Counted from the stretch's first letter, positions 51,290 to 64,000 are shown. The stretch is 64,000 nucleotides of DNA from Octopus sinensis (GCF_006345805.1 NC_043006.1:94612001-94676000); one strand, 5' to 3'. A program made the numbers and translations. Notes: a model not told the origin generated them from the letters alone.

Positions 51290-51980
51290 TTTGTAACTAA
51301 AGAAGGAAAGGAATGAACTGGAGCGAAGAAGATAACTGGATATGAATTTCTGGAAAGAAGGAACCTATTTGGCGCAAGGATTCCTGGAAAATAGCTACAA
51401 GATCTACCCAGAGTTCATCCCCAAGAATGGTCTGAGACCAGACAAAGTGAGTTTCATTGAATTGTTAGTACTGTAAGTACTTTACTTGAGTCGCATAGAA
51501 CAGCAGCATATATTTAAGATGAGCAAATAGGGTGAGCTGGCAAAGGAGCTAGGGTGTAAGGGTTACCACTGTACTGTGAACCCACTCGAAGTCGGATCGC
51601 GAGAATTCGTGGCTGCATCAATTGGGTATCAATGTCCGCAGAAGAGCGCCACAATCAAACGTTTGTCTGGCTTTGATGAAATGAGCTCATTCTGGATATG
51701 GGCGAAGAGAAATGACCAATGAATCTAGTAATCGATTCCATTCGTTATGTACAGGAATATAAGGAAGAAGAGTCTTAGTTCTTTCGTCGGTCAGGGTAGC
51801 CTAGAAGGCTGAAATACAGACCTGGGAACGCAAGTTCACAAAAAGAACGACCCAAGTTCAAATTCCGCTGGGACAGAATTTTGGAAAGCAGTAGGAGAAC
51901 ACTTAGGAGTCATGACCAAGGTAGGCCGGGCTCCCATGAAGTGTTAGCTATAAGGGCCGAAACTTGTCGCATGGGATTTC
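51290..51980 (+). mobile_element. HERO/NeSL-like RLE non-LTR 3' fragment
   Basis: GLRPD..FIELLV...ELAKEL...PLEVGSREFVA...SSFWIWAKRN*, followed by a 3'UTR. Confidence 0.7.
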
Positions 51981-52029
51981 TTCCTCAGTCTGCGCTCGCC
52001 TCGCGGCGAGTATATATATATATATATAT

Positions 52030-52600
52030 CGAAATGTTGTGATATAATACTACTCCACATATAAAAAAAATACAGCTATGCCAACATCAGGTGCCCCACA
52101 GATATCATTATGGTTTCAACACCTGGGCATTACCATTCAATCCGGTGGTACAACACCGCTAAAATAAGTGTTGTTTGGGCACAAACATACCAAAGAAACA
52201 CAACTTTGAAACACATTCATCCTGTGTACAACAGCATCGGTAAATAAATTCAATCAGTAAATCTATAACCAACTCCTAAATATCTAACTAAATACCGGCC
52301 AAACCTTTAAGTCATGCAAAAAAATTCCCTACAGTCTTCCATTGTATAATATGAAAGTGAAAGCTTAATAACCATTTATATAGGCAGGTTTAAACACTAA
52401 CTTTAAAATTAAACTACAAGATGTGCAACCGTCAATTCAGAAAGTTAAAAAAAAATTTTTCTTGTATTTTTTCTGTCGCAGTCTGTTTTCTCTCCACATT
52501 GATTTCTACGGAGAAGCGTAGGCTCCAAACGTTAAAGGCTTCTCCATTTTTTACTGAACGTCACACTAATACCTCTTGTTAGTTTCCTCACTTCTTTCTG
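52030..52600 (+). mobile_element. degenerate PLE 3' end with decayed family B hammerhead (~52503-52540)
   Basis: Weak GIY-YIG-like remnants (NVV..., QHLGITIQSGGTTP), then CTACGGAGAAGCGTAGGCTCCAAACGTTAAAG. Confidence 0.45.
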
Positions 52601-52964
52601 ACTTACGTCAAACATATATATATACTCTCTCTTCACACATACCCACCTTCCCCTTCCCCTTCATCGTCAATCCTTCCCATAAGCCCACCCCACCCCTACA
52701 CATTCCTACAACACCACACCACACTACACCATACAACATTACACATCACAACACACCACCCACACACCAGCACTGACCAATTCCCATCCCCACATCTTCA
52801 CACCTACACATACATACACGCACACAACCAGACCACCAGCCCTCTTTCACACGTACATAATACTCTCTTATACACACACGCACCTTCGTGTTGGGGGTCA
52901 TCTTTACTTTCTTATCTCCCCTACTTCTTCGCTCTCCTGTGTGACCCTTCTGTCCGGCAGTTGC

Positions 52965-53122
52965 CATGATAGATCGTTAGCCAACTACACACATTTTTTT
53001 CTCTCCTTGTTTCTCTCCTTGTTTTTTCTGTGTCCCTTTCTGTAGAAGAGCGTAGGCTCGATACGTAAAAGACTTTTTCTATTCCTGAGTGCTATACTAA
53101 TACATCTGTTTGTTTGTACACC
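52965..53122 (+). mobile_element. PLE-derived family B repeat with hammerhead at 53036-53071
   Basis: CUUU-CUGUAGA-A-GAGC(GUAG)GCUC-GAUA-CG-UA^AAAG. Homologous to 62000-62190 on the minus strand. Confidence 0.75.
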
Positions 53123-53178
53123 CGCGATCCCTCGACCGTGAGTCGACTGCTCTAACCACTTGGTCATGAGCCTCCACA
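53122..53178 (-). mobile_element. SINE family III head fragment
   Basis: Reverse complement GTGGAGGCTCATGACCAAGTGGTTAGAGCAGTCGACTCACGGTCGAGGGATCGCGGG. Confidence 0.7.
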
Positions 53179-53664
53179 CACACACACACACACATATATA
53201 GACTCAGGTATCTCTACTCTTTTATATTATGATAGTCGAGTTAATCAACTGAAGACGCCCAAAATAAAACACTTTCGACCATATACCAACATCAGAAATT
53301 TATCTTCATAGGATGATACGTAAACATTAACAATATCATAGCAAACAGTAAATTGACAATATTTTAACATGTCTCAATGGAAATAAACGAGAAATCAAAG
53401 TATCTTCTGCACATAAACGCATATAGTGATATTAACATTAGATATCAAGTTATAAAAAAATATATATATTCATCGATATCGATATACCGATTACTTCTGA
53501 TCATAACAGCACCATAAAACACTTGCTGGTATATGCAAACATACGCGTAGTGGGTAATGAAATTGACTGGCTATTTATTATAAATATATGTGTGTGAGTG
53601 TGTGAGTGTTTGTGTGTGTGTATTTGTCTGTGTCTGTGTGTGTATGTGTGTGCGAGTGTGTGTG

Positions 53665-53760
53665 TACAGTGCCAAGTAGTGGCACCTTTGGCATGTTTCT
53701 TATGGTATAGCCTCGGGCCGACCAAACCCTTGTGAGTAGAAACTGAAAGAGAAGACGAAT
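53665..53760 (+). mobile_element. SINE family II internal fragment
   Basis: GTGGCACCTTTGGCATG...TATAGCCTCGGGCCGACCAAACCCTTGTGAGT. Confidence 0.7.
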
Positions 53761-53769
53761 ATATATATA

Positions 53770-53807
<38 letters not shown>

Positions 53808-53876
53808 ATTAAATCTATATAATAATTTATCAAATATCCAGCGTGAAAAACCAGTTTTGAAAAAATTTAATACACA

Positions 53877-53917
<41 letters not shown>

Positions 53918-54248
53918 GTATTAAATTTCTCCCCTTTTCTTTGTCCTCTTTCTTCACTTTACGATCCCTCTTGATCGAAAACCATACCCCCTTTTTTTAC
54001 CCCCAAAAGAAAAGCTCTACCTTGTAATTTGTCCTGTCTGTGTGCAGCCCTGTGTGGCTAATAAAGAAACATATATATATATATATATATGTGTGTGTGT
54101 TTGTTGGTGCAGACGGGAAAAATGGAATTGAAAATATAAATATATTGGTATTTTTTTTATTGATATTTAGTAGAAGTAATAGAGTAGTTCAAGGTCCAAG
54201 AGTTTCCAAAGCAAGAAACTAGGAAATTTAGTCACTCTGTTACTTCTG

Positions 54249-54285
<37 letters not shown>

Positions 54286-55379
54286 TATATATATATATAT
54301 ATTATATATATATATATTACACATACATCACACACACTTATACATGTAAGTATCTATCTATCTATCTATGGATGTACATGTACATATATTTATATTCATA
54401 TTTATACGTTTATGCATGCGTATGCATATGTAAACCCTACTTGTGTATATGTAAATATGTGTTAGCATATCTGTATAAGTATTTTTGAATGCTTATACGT
54501 GTGTGTGTATATGTGTGTGCGCGCGTGTGTATGCGCATTGCAGTGTTTCTGCTAGTGCAAATATCACAGGCTAGGTTTACAATGCAGAAGCTTTTCACAG
54601 GTATTTTTTTGTTTTACCTTTCTTCTGCTGTCTGATTGTCTTTGTTTCTTCTTCAGCAGCCATTATATGCTCAGTCTATTACGGAAAAAATAAAAATAAA
54701 AATATATAAATAAAAACGGCACTCAATAACACATACACCAACAAACAAACACACACACAACACACACACACACACACACACACATCAATGCGTAACATCA
54801 CAACATTCCAATCACTGGAAAACCAATCATTCCTATTGCGAACCACGGATATCCGCAAATCGTTGGCATGGATAATTAGTACTTACTTAGTTTTGGGAAT
54901 AAAAATAAAACACGAATAAAAATTAAAAAATAAAGTAAAATAAATAAAAATAAATAATTAGAAGTAATATTTTCCTCTAGTAATGTGCTAATTGTTTTTT
55001 GTCGTTGCACCTATCGTTGAAGGTAGAATATTTTTTGCGTCCCTAATTACCTTCTGCTTACATCTGCGCCCCTCTCACCGTTGCAGAAAAGGACCAACTT
55101 CATAGAATTCAGTTTTTCAATTTTTTCAGTAATGTTCAAGTCATTTCCAGCAGAATAGTTATTAGCAAAGGAAATAAGAGAAGACTAGTAAGGCGTTCGT
55201 AGCGTGCAATCTGGAATCAATTCGTAAATTGGTAACAGTTCTTGAAGCTGAAATCCTTTATGGAAATTTTCTTTATTTTTTTTTACTTATTCTTAAAGGA
55301 ATTTCTCAGAAACTGTTTATCTAAAGTATACTACTTCATCAACTGTATGTGTGTGTACGTGTGTGTATGTGTGAGTGAT

Positions 55380-56560
55380 AGGGTGCATCTTTGAATTAAA
55401 TAAAATGCGAGTTCAAAAGTAATGCTTCTCATTTCCCTAGCTTATCGCTTACTTATGTTGAAAACCATCTTCATGTTTACAAAGTATTATTACAAAGTTT
55501 CGGATTTGCATGTCCTGTAATTCTGCTACTTAAGAGAAACGCCTGTACAGTTTGCGATCATCGTGGCCTGTCTACTGAATCTATGAATAAATAGACTTCA
55601 TGCTATAAGGGGTACATAGTGTTGTGTTTGAGCAGCTCAGCGACCTTTTACGAAGATTTGGCAGAACATTTGAAGAACGTGCTTGCGCCAATCTTTTCCT
55701 CGAAGCTTAGCTTATCTGCTACGGAGATTCTTGAAGTACTTCATCAAACTTTTTGGCAAATATTCTTGAGCCGGAATTCAGATTTTCGAAAGGCACACGT
55801 GTTTCAAAGCTGGGCTAGTGTGAGTTGAAGACGAGTGTTCAAAGAGACCAAAATCCATTGAAACTAGGAAACATCGAGAACAAATCCGTGAGGACCATGA
55901 CCAATAACTTCAATTATTGCCTAATGTCTAACAAGTAATCAACCCTGAAAAATTCAAGTCTTTGAAGTTGAAATGAAAGAAAATCTCAGTTGGAGTGGGC
56001 TATGAAAATAATTTAAGGAATTACTTCCACCATTTTAATTATTCTCTCCTTTTTCTGATTTAAAAAAATTCTATTTGTTTTCACTACAACTACAATGAAA
56101 CGCCAATTTCTCTCCTGAGGCACCTGCAGTCACATGATCGCAGCTCTCTCACATGTCTTAAATAAGTTATGGATTCAGACAGGAGATTCTCCAGGAATAC
56201 CTGAACAGCCAAACGCATTGCTACGATGTTTGTCTTCCCTACTCATTTGACCTAACGAGCTGTAATTTTTTCGTGTTTCAGAAAGTGAAGAAATTGAAAT
56301 TGAAAAGGAACCTCTTTGAAGCGGTTGACGTAATACATTTGGGTTCTTAAACAGTGGCACACGATCTTCAGAAAGAAGACTTCTGCGATTCTTTCAACAT
56401 GTGGACTTTAAGCGGGAATCGATTCCTAAGTTCTTCAAATGACTATAACGAAATATGTGATGCCTTTAAATGAATAAGACGTGAAATGCACTTTTACGTT
56501 GATATTAGTGTACGATTCCGTAAGCCTGATCCAAGAACATCGTTATGAAGTATCGTGATC
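55380..56560 (+). mobile_element. degenerate mariner transposon
   Basis: N-terminal KLSLSATEILEVLHQTF (KLG.SATE...L..) and C-terminal LPYSFDLTSCNFFVFQKVK (YSPDLAPCDF.LF.KLK motif). The central catalytic region is deleted. Confidence 0.7.
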
Positions 56561-57634
56561 TTGTTCAGTTACTCAGATGATTTGAAAGTGAAAAGAAAGT
56601 AGAACTTTATTCTAAATGACATACCAACAACTCGCATGTATTAAAACAAATAAATTTGGCTCACGATAAGATGGTTCTGCCTGTCTACACGTTTACGCAT
56701 CAAAAACTGCTTAGCTGAGGAGTTGCCTGGTTAGTGATCGACTCTCAGAAATGTTAACGCTCCTCAGATTACAGATTTTTAAAAAATCAACTCGAAGCAA
56801 GTTTCTGTAAGGAAATGTAAAATACACATCGGACATGGTTTCACTTACCCCACCCACCAAAAAAACAAAAAAACAAAAAAACACAACAGTTATTTAGAGG
56901 TCTTTATGATTGTCTTGTGAAAACGTTACAATGTTAAAAACGTTTCCAGGTCCTCAGTAAGATTCCCTTAGCTTGTACATTGCCCTTGTGTGGGGCATCG
57001 AGGACTGAGTTAGTCTTCATCTGCGCATAATAATAGTTAAAGGATTCCTTTCAAAATATATTATAAATACATTTACGTTATTGGTTCTGAATTTCTTAAA
57101 AAATCTATCTGGATTCACTTCTGTTCTGAAACGCGAATTCGACTGGAGCTGTGTTCGCTCTTCCAGCTTAAAACGCCTACATTACAAATAAATTCTGCTG
57201 ACACACAGTTTCTCTTCATTTGTATAACTGGCTCTTTCTTCACTAAGCACAAAAGACAGAATACTGTAAAACGAAATTATGACATCGAAGTCTTTCTCAA
57301 ACGAAATGAAGTAATCTTCCACCATTCGGTATCGGAACTGGGTGGTAATTATAACTCATTATATATTAGTATCATTCCATAAGAAGCTGGCAATCTACTT
57401 TTACAATATTAATTTCATGCATAGGAACAAGGCCAGCATATTATAAAGGGAATGTAATGAAATTGTGTGGTGCCAATGACTTGCACAAAGCGATTAGTAG
57501 TCTAAGTTACGTGATTCGATTTTAAACGGAGATCTCAAGCATTCAATGGATTCGACAGACAGGGAGCACAATAAATCCAGCTCTCGGAATAATGAATTAT
57601 ATAAGTAAACTATGCAGAGAGATAACCTGGAATA

Positions 57635-58350
57635 ACTGTGTGTGTGTATGTATGTATGTATTTATGCATGTATGTATGTATGCATGTTTGTATGTATGTA
57701 TGTATGTATTTATGTATGTATGTATGTATGTATGTATTTATGCATGTATGTATGTATGTATGTATGTATGTATGCATGCATGCATGTATGTATGTATGTT
57801 TGTATGCATGAATGTATGTATGTATGTATGTATGTATGTATGTATGTTTGTATGTATGTATGTATGTATGTATGCATGTATGTATGTATGTATGTATGTG
57901 TATGTATGTATGTATGCATGTATGTATGTATGTATGTGTGCATGTATGTATGTATGTATGTATGTATGTTTGTATGTATGTATGTATGCATGCATGCATG
58001 TATGTATGTTTGTATGTATGTATGTATGCATGCATGCATGCATGTATGTATGTTTGTATGTATGTATGTATGCATGCATGCATGTATGTATGTATGTTTG
58101 TATGCATGAATGTATGCATGTATGGTTGTATATATGCATAAATGTATGTATGAATGTATGTATGTATATACGAATGTATACATGTATGTGTGTATGCAAG
58201 CGTATATATGTATGAATGGTATGAATGTATATATGTAAGTAAATATATATGTATGTACGTACGTATGTATGTTTCTATGTATGTATGAATGTATGCATGC
58301 ATGCATGTATGTCTGTATGTATGTATATACGTATGTGTGTATGTATGTAT
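57635..58350. repeat. ~700-bp degenerate (TATG)n/(CATG)n satellite
   Basis: Directly visible. Confidence 0.95.
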
Positions 58351-58935
58351 GTATGCATATATGTAGTTACTTATATATTTATCTATCTGTGTGTCTGCGT
58401 GCTTAAATATATACTATACGAACTGAGTGCGTTAAATGTGTCTGTTTTTGTGTGTCTATGTATGCATGCTTCTATTTATATATAATGTATAGATACATAA
58501 TATACATGGATATATAATTACAAGAACTATATATGTGTATGTTTCGTATATGTACGTACGTATGTTTATGCATATACATACATACATATATATATACATA
58601 TATATATATATACATGAGTTTAAAATGAGCAGTCTGCAATGTTTCACCGAAACGAGGGTTTTAGGAAATACCTACACAGCTAAAAATAAGAACTAAAGCG
58701 CTCAAATGCTGTAGTCATCGCACACGGTTGAAAGATGAAAGCATATACACTAAAAGGCACCATAATCGTCCGAAAAGTGCCGTATATATATATATATATA
58801 TATAATATAAATTAGAGATAAAATCACTATTATGCAACTCCTACAATACATTATATATATATATATATATAATATAATATAGATATATATATTATATATT
58901 AAATATATATATATATATAAATATATGTATGTTAT

Positions 58936-58986
<51 letters not shown>

Positions 58987-59357
58987 TATATATATATATG
59001 TTTCTATATATATATTTACAACGGTCTTGTTTATTTTTCTGACTAGTATATATACACACACAATCTCACTCGCACACACAAACATACTGACAGACAGACA
59101 GACACACACACACACCACACACAACACACACACACACACAAATATCATGAATAGTGACGCCATTCATTTCCTTGTGCACTAGATTAATAAGGATGGTGAT
59201 TAACCTGCAGTCAATAATCCGTAAATATGGCTGAAGAAGGTATTAACCAGAGATATACTGAAATACAGTAACTGCTGAATAACTTGCATACCATTTACAT
59301 GTGTAGATGTACATGCACACTCGCACTTCCATTCACACACATATATATAAACTTATA

Positions 59358-59416
<59 letters not shown>

Positions 59417-59440
59417 ACATATGCATAATTATAGATATAT

Positions 59441-59491
<51 letters not shown>

Positions 59492-59744
59492 TATATATAC
59501 ATACATACGTATATATATATATTTATATATATAACCATTAACGGTAGGAACTTCTATAAAAGTTCAATATATATTTTGTATATAAATAAAAAAGGCAGGC
59601 AACAGATGGCTTAGCCACATATCGAAAAAATTAGAAATAGCAGTCAAAGACTGTTTAATTCTATTTTCTACAAATAAGACTCCACATACGACATATCGCT
59701 GTAATTCAGAAAGAAGAAATAACGAAAACAAAGTCTAACAGTTA

Positions 59745-59811
59745 TTTACGAACGCGTTTCTGGATTAGGAATATAATAAAATATTAATTCCATGTCCTTC
59801 GTCAGAGTAAA
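59745..59811 (-). ncRNA. type I hammerhead motif with extended stem II
   Basis: UUUACU-CUGACGA-A-GGA...GGAAU-UAAUA(UUU)UAUUA-U-AUUCC...UCC-A-GAAA-CGCG-UU^CGUAAA, with palindromic ACGCGU. Confidence 0.65.
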
Positions 59812-59863
59812 CTTCCACTAAAATAGATTTATCAAATGTTACGTGCCTCCACTTCTCGATCGC

Positions 59864-60005
<142 letters not shown>

Positions 60006-60040
60006 ATTACATATATATATATATATGCCATTACACATCC

Positions 60041-60088
<48 letters not shown>

Positions 60089-60156
60089 ATATATAATATA
60101 TATATATATATATATTATAGTATATTATATTATATATATATATACATATATACATA

Positions 60157-61014
60157 TCTATATATAATTTTGAAATGCGAAAAGTTTGTTTGTTTGTTGT
60201 GTGGTTTTGGCATTAAGAACGGGTTAAAGGCCACTAGATCCCGTCGGATTGACTCCAAAATTTACAGAGACATGTAAAATGAGGTGTGGATGCGAGTGGG
60301 CTAGGTTAGAAATCCCCATCTTAAAAGGTGTCGTTGCTAGGCCAAAAAAGCACTTTGACAAGTCTTCTCTCATTCTTTTATGTATTTGTCTTCCTCCCTC
60401 ACTCACTCTTTCCTCCCTTCCTTTCACATATATCTATATCGTCGTTTCACAGCGTTTACCTCCCTTCACCTTCTCTTTATAACGTCGTTTCACAACGTCC
60501 TATATCTCCCCTCCCCGCCTTCGACAGCGCTTTCACTCTCTCTCTCTCTCTCTCTCTCTACGTCTGTCTGCATTCATAGAGAGAATTATAATTCGCCACC
60601 ACCGCCACACATTCATGAGAACAAATATTATGAATCAGATATTTATTGGGTTAATTTATATGTGTGTGTGTGTGAGTTCTATATATAAATATGTATATAT
60701 AATGTATATATAATGTATATATACAAAGTGTATATAGCTGTATTTATGTATATTAAACTTTTTAGTATTTTTCGATAGTTATATATATTTTTTAAAAATA
60801 TAAATATAAATTATTATTTTTAATTTTAAATTTAAATAATTTAAATTTTTATGTTTTATATTTTATAAATTTTGTATACATATATATTGTATATATATTT
60901 TTATGTTTTGGTTTATGTTTTTCACTGTTTGATTTGCCTAATAGTGGTTTTATCTCTAATTTAATTTATATATATATATATATATATAATTTGTATACAT
61001 TTGTATATATAATG

Positions 61015-61070
<56 letters not shown>

Positions 61071-61255
61071 ATGCGTATATATATATATAATGTGTGCATT
61101 ATGTGGTTGGTTAACACCTATGTTAAAAGTGCTGGCGAGTTTGCATGGCAACTATTTTTTTCCTCAAATGAAAGGCGTGACCTCTAGGACAAAATTCCTC
61201 ATCTTATAAAATGTGGCCCGAGTAGACCCGAATGAAATCGGGTTATATTAACCAA
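60157..61255 (+). mobile_element. possible degenerate non-autonomous Helitron
   Basis: A|TCTATATATAATTTTGAAATGCGAAAAGTTTGTTTGTTTG 5' signature and hairpin ACCCGA-ATGAAA-TCGGGT near 61225-61243. No CTAG end was seen. Confidence 0.35.
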
Positions 61256-61999
61256 TATGTGAAAAGAGGTCTAAATGGGGCTTGGAGGGGATTAAAATTT
61301 ACAGGAGCGGGTGTTTAGGAATTCTCTGTTACATGAAGCAAAAAAGTTGCGCCAGCCTTTAAATCGTCAATGTGTTGCCGTCCATGATGAAGAAGTTTTG
61401 AATGCTTGCCATGGTGAGTCTACTGTCGTGAGAAAGAATCACTTCAAGACTTAATGTTTAGGAATTTTCTTTTACATCAAGTTCAAAATTTTACACCAGC
61501 CGTTAAACTGTCACTACGTTGCTGTCCGTCGTTAAGAAATGCCAGCCATGGTGACTTTACTATCCTAAGATTCTATCCCTTCAAACTTTGGTTTCCAATA
61601 TTTTTTCTATTTTTATTCAGCTCGCAAGTTCGTCTGTCCCTTTTAAATGTTAGTGTTTTGCTGTCTGCCTTGAAGCAGACCTTTCCGTTGTCACTGCCTG
61701 ATATTTATGGTTGATCTTTCAAAATATTTTACTTTTTCAACTTATTCAAGATCTTTTGTTGTTTATAAATGGGAGAGAGATAGACAGAGAAAGATAGAGA
61801 GTAAGCGAAAGCGAAGGAGAGTCCGAGAGAAAGGAAGAGTAAGAGAGTGAGAAAATGAGAGAGAAAGGAGAGAGAAACAAAGAGGGAGAATGTGGTGATA
61901 AAAAACAGAAAGGAAGCAACAGAAAAGTAACAACCACACTCTTACCCGTGCGTAGAGCGGGCCACCTTTAGGTAGTATATATATAAAGGGAAAGATTAC

Positions 62000-62190
62000 G
62001 AAAATAAACAAAAGACGAAGGCAGGTGGTGTACAAAACAAATAGATGTATTATTATAGCGCTCAAGAATAGAAAAAGTCTTTTACGTTTCGAGCCTGCGC
62101 TCTTCTACAGAAAGGTACACAGAAAAAGCAAGGAGAGAAACAAGGAGAGAAACAAGGAGAGAAAAGAATGTGTGTAGTGGCTAACGATAT
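62000..62190 (-). mobile_element. PLE-derived family B repeat with hammerhead at 62079-62114
   Basis: CUUU-CUGUAGA-A-GAGC(GCAG)GCUC-GAAA-CG-UA^AAAG; all stems are intact. Confidence 0.8.
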
Positions 62191-62312
62191 AATATTATGC
62201 AGGTATACGTTAGAGATGTTTAAACCCTTTAAGGGATAGATGTATCCAAAGGCTCCCTAGCGCAAAAGACATACTTCTTATTGTTATTTTCCTCTATTTT
62301 CTTATCGTCTAT

Positions 62313-62375
<63 letters not shown>

Positions 62376-62508
62376 AAGAATTCAGGGTGAATACTTAATA
62401 ACTGTAAGCACCTGTATATGCCAGTTAGTGGTGTGGGTGATAGGGTATATTTATCAAAAGAAAAACAGGATGCAAAGGATTTAGCGGTACATATGTTTCT
62501 GGCTTTAT

Positions 62509-62878
62509 TGGACAGTTTATATCAATGCATAATTGATGTAACATGTATGCCAATAGCCTTCTTCAGCCGCGCACAATTACCACCCCAAAGACATGTGTTA
62601 CGTTATGGCAGGTTTGATAAGAAGTTTGGGAAAAAGACGAGTTTCGTAGGGGATGCAAACTCTCATAGTTGTATATAGCAGAGCGAGAAACCAAAACAAA
62701 ACGTCCATATCGTTTTTTCATTCGATATAGAATGAGGAGGTTGGTTGTTGAGTTTTCCCACACTTCTTATCAAACCTGCCATAATGTAACACATGTCTTT
62801 GGTGTGGTAATTGTGCGCGGCTGAAGAAGGCTATTGACATATATGTTACATCAATTATGCATTGATATAAACTGTCCA
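62509..62878. mobile_element. 370-bp MITE-like element with ~126-bp terminal inverted repeats
   Basis: 62509-62634 and 62753-62878 are reverse complements with only about 5 mismatches. Ends are TGGACAGTTT...AAACTGTCCA, flanked by TAT on both sides. Confidence 0.85.
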
Positions 62879-62908
62879 TATATATATATATACATACATG
62901 AATATATG

Positions 62909-62942
<34 letters not shown>

Positions 62943-64000
62943 ATATGAGATAGATACACACACACACACTCAAACACACATACACATATATATATACATT
63001 TATGATTTCACCTTCCTTGCAAAGTCTACGAAGGCGCTCGTTTGATATTAATATATTGTACAGTAATGCAGTAACTTTAATGTAATATGTGGTAAATGAA
63101 GTGAAGCTTGATAACAAATCAATTTAGTTATATTTAGAGTAACTCACACAGACACAAATACCCACCCCAACACCACCACGTACACACCCACAAACTTGTT
63201 TTTCATACACACTCACACACACGCGGACACACACACACTCACACGCACGCACACATATATGAATTGCAAATACCGTACGTATTTTGCATTCATGTTGTAA
63301 ATGAATGAAATTATATACCCTAACAGGAACCATAATCTTCCGAATAGTGCCGTTTGTAGATGTGTCTATCTGTCTATCTCTGTAAGTTTGTATACACACA
63401 CAAACACACACGCACACACAGACATACTCAAACACACATAGACAGACACACACATACGCAGACAGACACATGCACAGACACACGGCACACATATTTGCTT
63501 CGGCATGGCAATTTACTCGCGCACCACTGAAATATATTTATTGATTTCTAATGAAGCATGCAAAGCTTTCAAGTCTGCTCCGAGTTTTCTTTCTGGATAT
63601 CTAGTGCTGAAGAGAGGTAAAGTGCTTGAAATGAATCTTTCATATTAACAAGGACGCTCTGTGTTCACTATGGAGTTTTAAAGCGAGAATATTTCTCTGA
63701 ATATTTTTCTGAACGGCACACTTTTGCAGATGTTTTCAAAATTATCTTAACTGATCTAAAGTTATATGTATGTGTGTGTGTGTGTATATGTGTGTGTATA
63801 TGTGTGCGTGTGTGTGTTTGTGTGTGAGTATGTGCGTATGTGTATATGTGTGTTTTTGGGTGTGCTTGTGTGTATACGAGTACGAATATATCAGGTGGTC
63901 AATATGGGACAAGGATACGTTCCAATATTCATTTTTTGCGTTGTGTTCAAATTCTGCTGTGATCCTCCTTGATTTTCACCAATTCTAGTCTTACCAATTC

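Noticed and set aside
55619-55828. Protein-like ORF initially considered a host exon
   Set aside because: Better explained as the N-terminus of a decayed mariner transposase, given the downstream YSPDL-like motif at ~56235.
56935-56965. Minus-strand CUGAGGA-CCUG-GAAA-CG-UU
   Set aside because: No stem II and no adequate stem I pairing.
59231-59272. CUGAAGA-stem II-GAAA motif (a similar one lies at ~63607-63635)
   Set aside because: Stem I cannot form with the flanks, so it is not counted as a ribozyme.

Overview
This is a 64-kb, very AT-rich, repeat-saturated eukaryotic window, most likely cephalopod (Octopus-like). That assignment is inferred from the tRNA-derived SINE families and the microsatellite load. 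No host protein-coding exon, rRNA, true tRNA or CRISPR array could be supported, and there is one 100-N gap at 23656-23755. The window is a mosaic of: (1) long simple repeats; (2) more than 20 tRNA-derived SINE copies or fragments from at least four families; (3) decayed non-LTR elements, namely R4/Dong-like RLE tails embedded in (TAA)n, a HERO-like tail, three Tx1/L1-like ORF2 tails and an RTE tail; (4) several Penelope-like element (PLE) remnants; (5) a Gypsy gag fragment; (6) mariner, Tc1 and Tigger remnants; (7) Helitrons with TC...CTAG ends; and (8) a long-TIR MITE. Three observations stand out. First, a 2.3-kb retroposon encoding only an ORF1/gag-like CCHC protein, with no RT or endonuclease, is inserted with a 15-bp TSD into the tRNA head of a SINE and has a three-part poly(A) architecture. 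Second, a tRNA-headed SINE-like element carrying a PLE-type hammerhead ribozyme is inserted as a ~730-bp head-to-head palindrome inside a single 16-bp TSD. Third, about ten minimal type I hammerhead motifs occur, including a recurrent CUGU(A/U)GA core variant. Family names come from motif recognition by eye, not database searches. Many boundaries are approximate.
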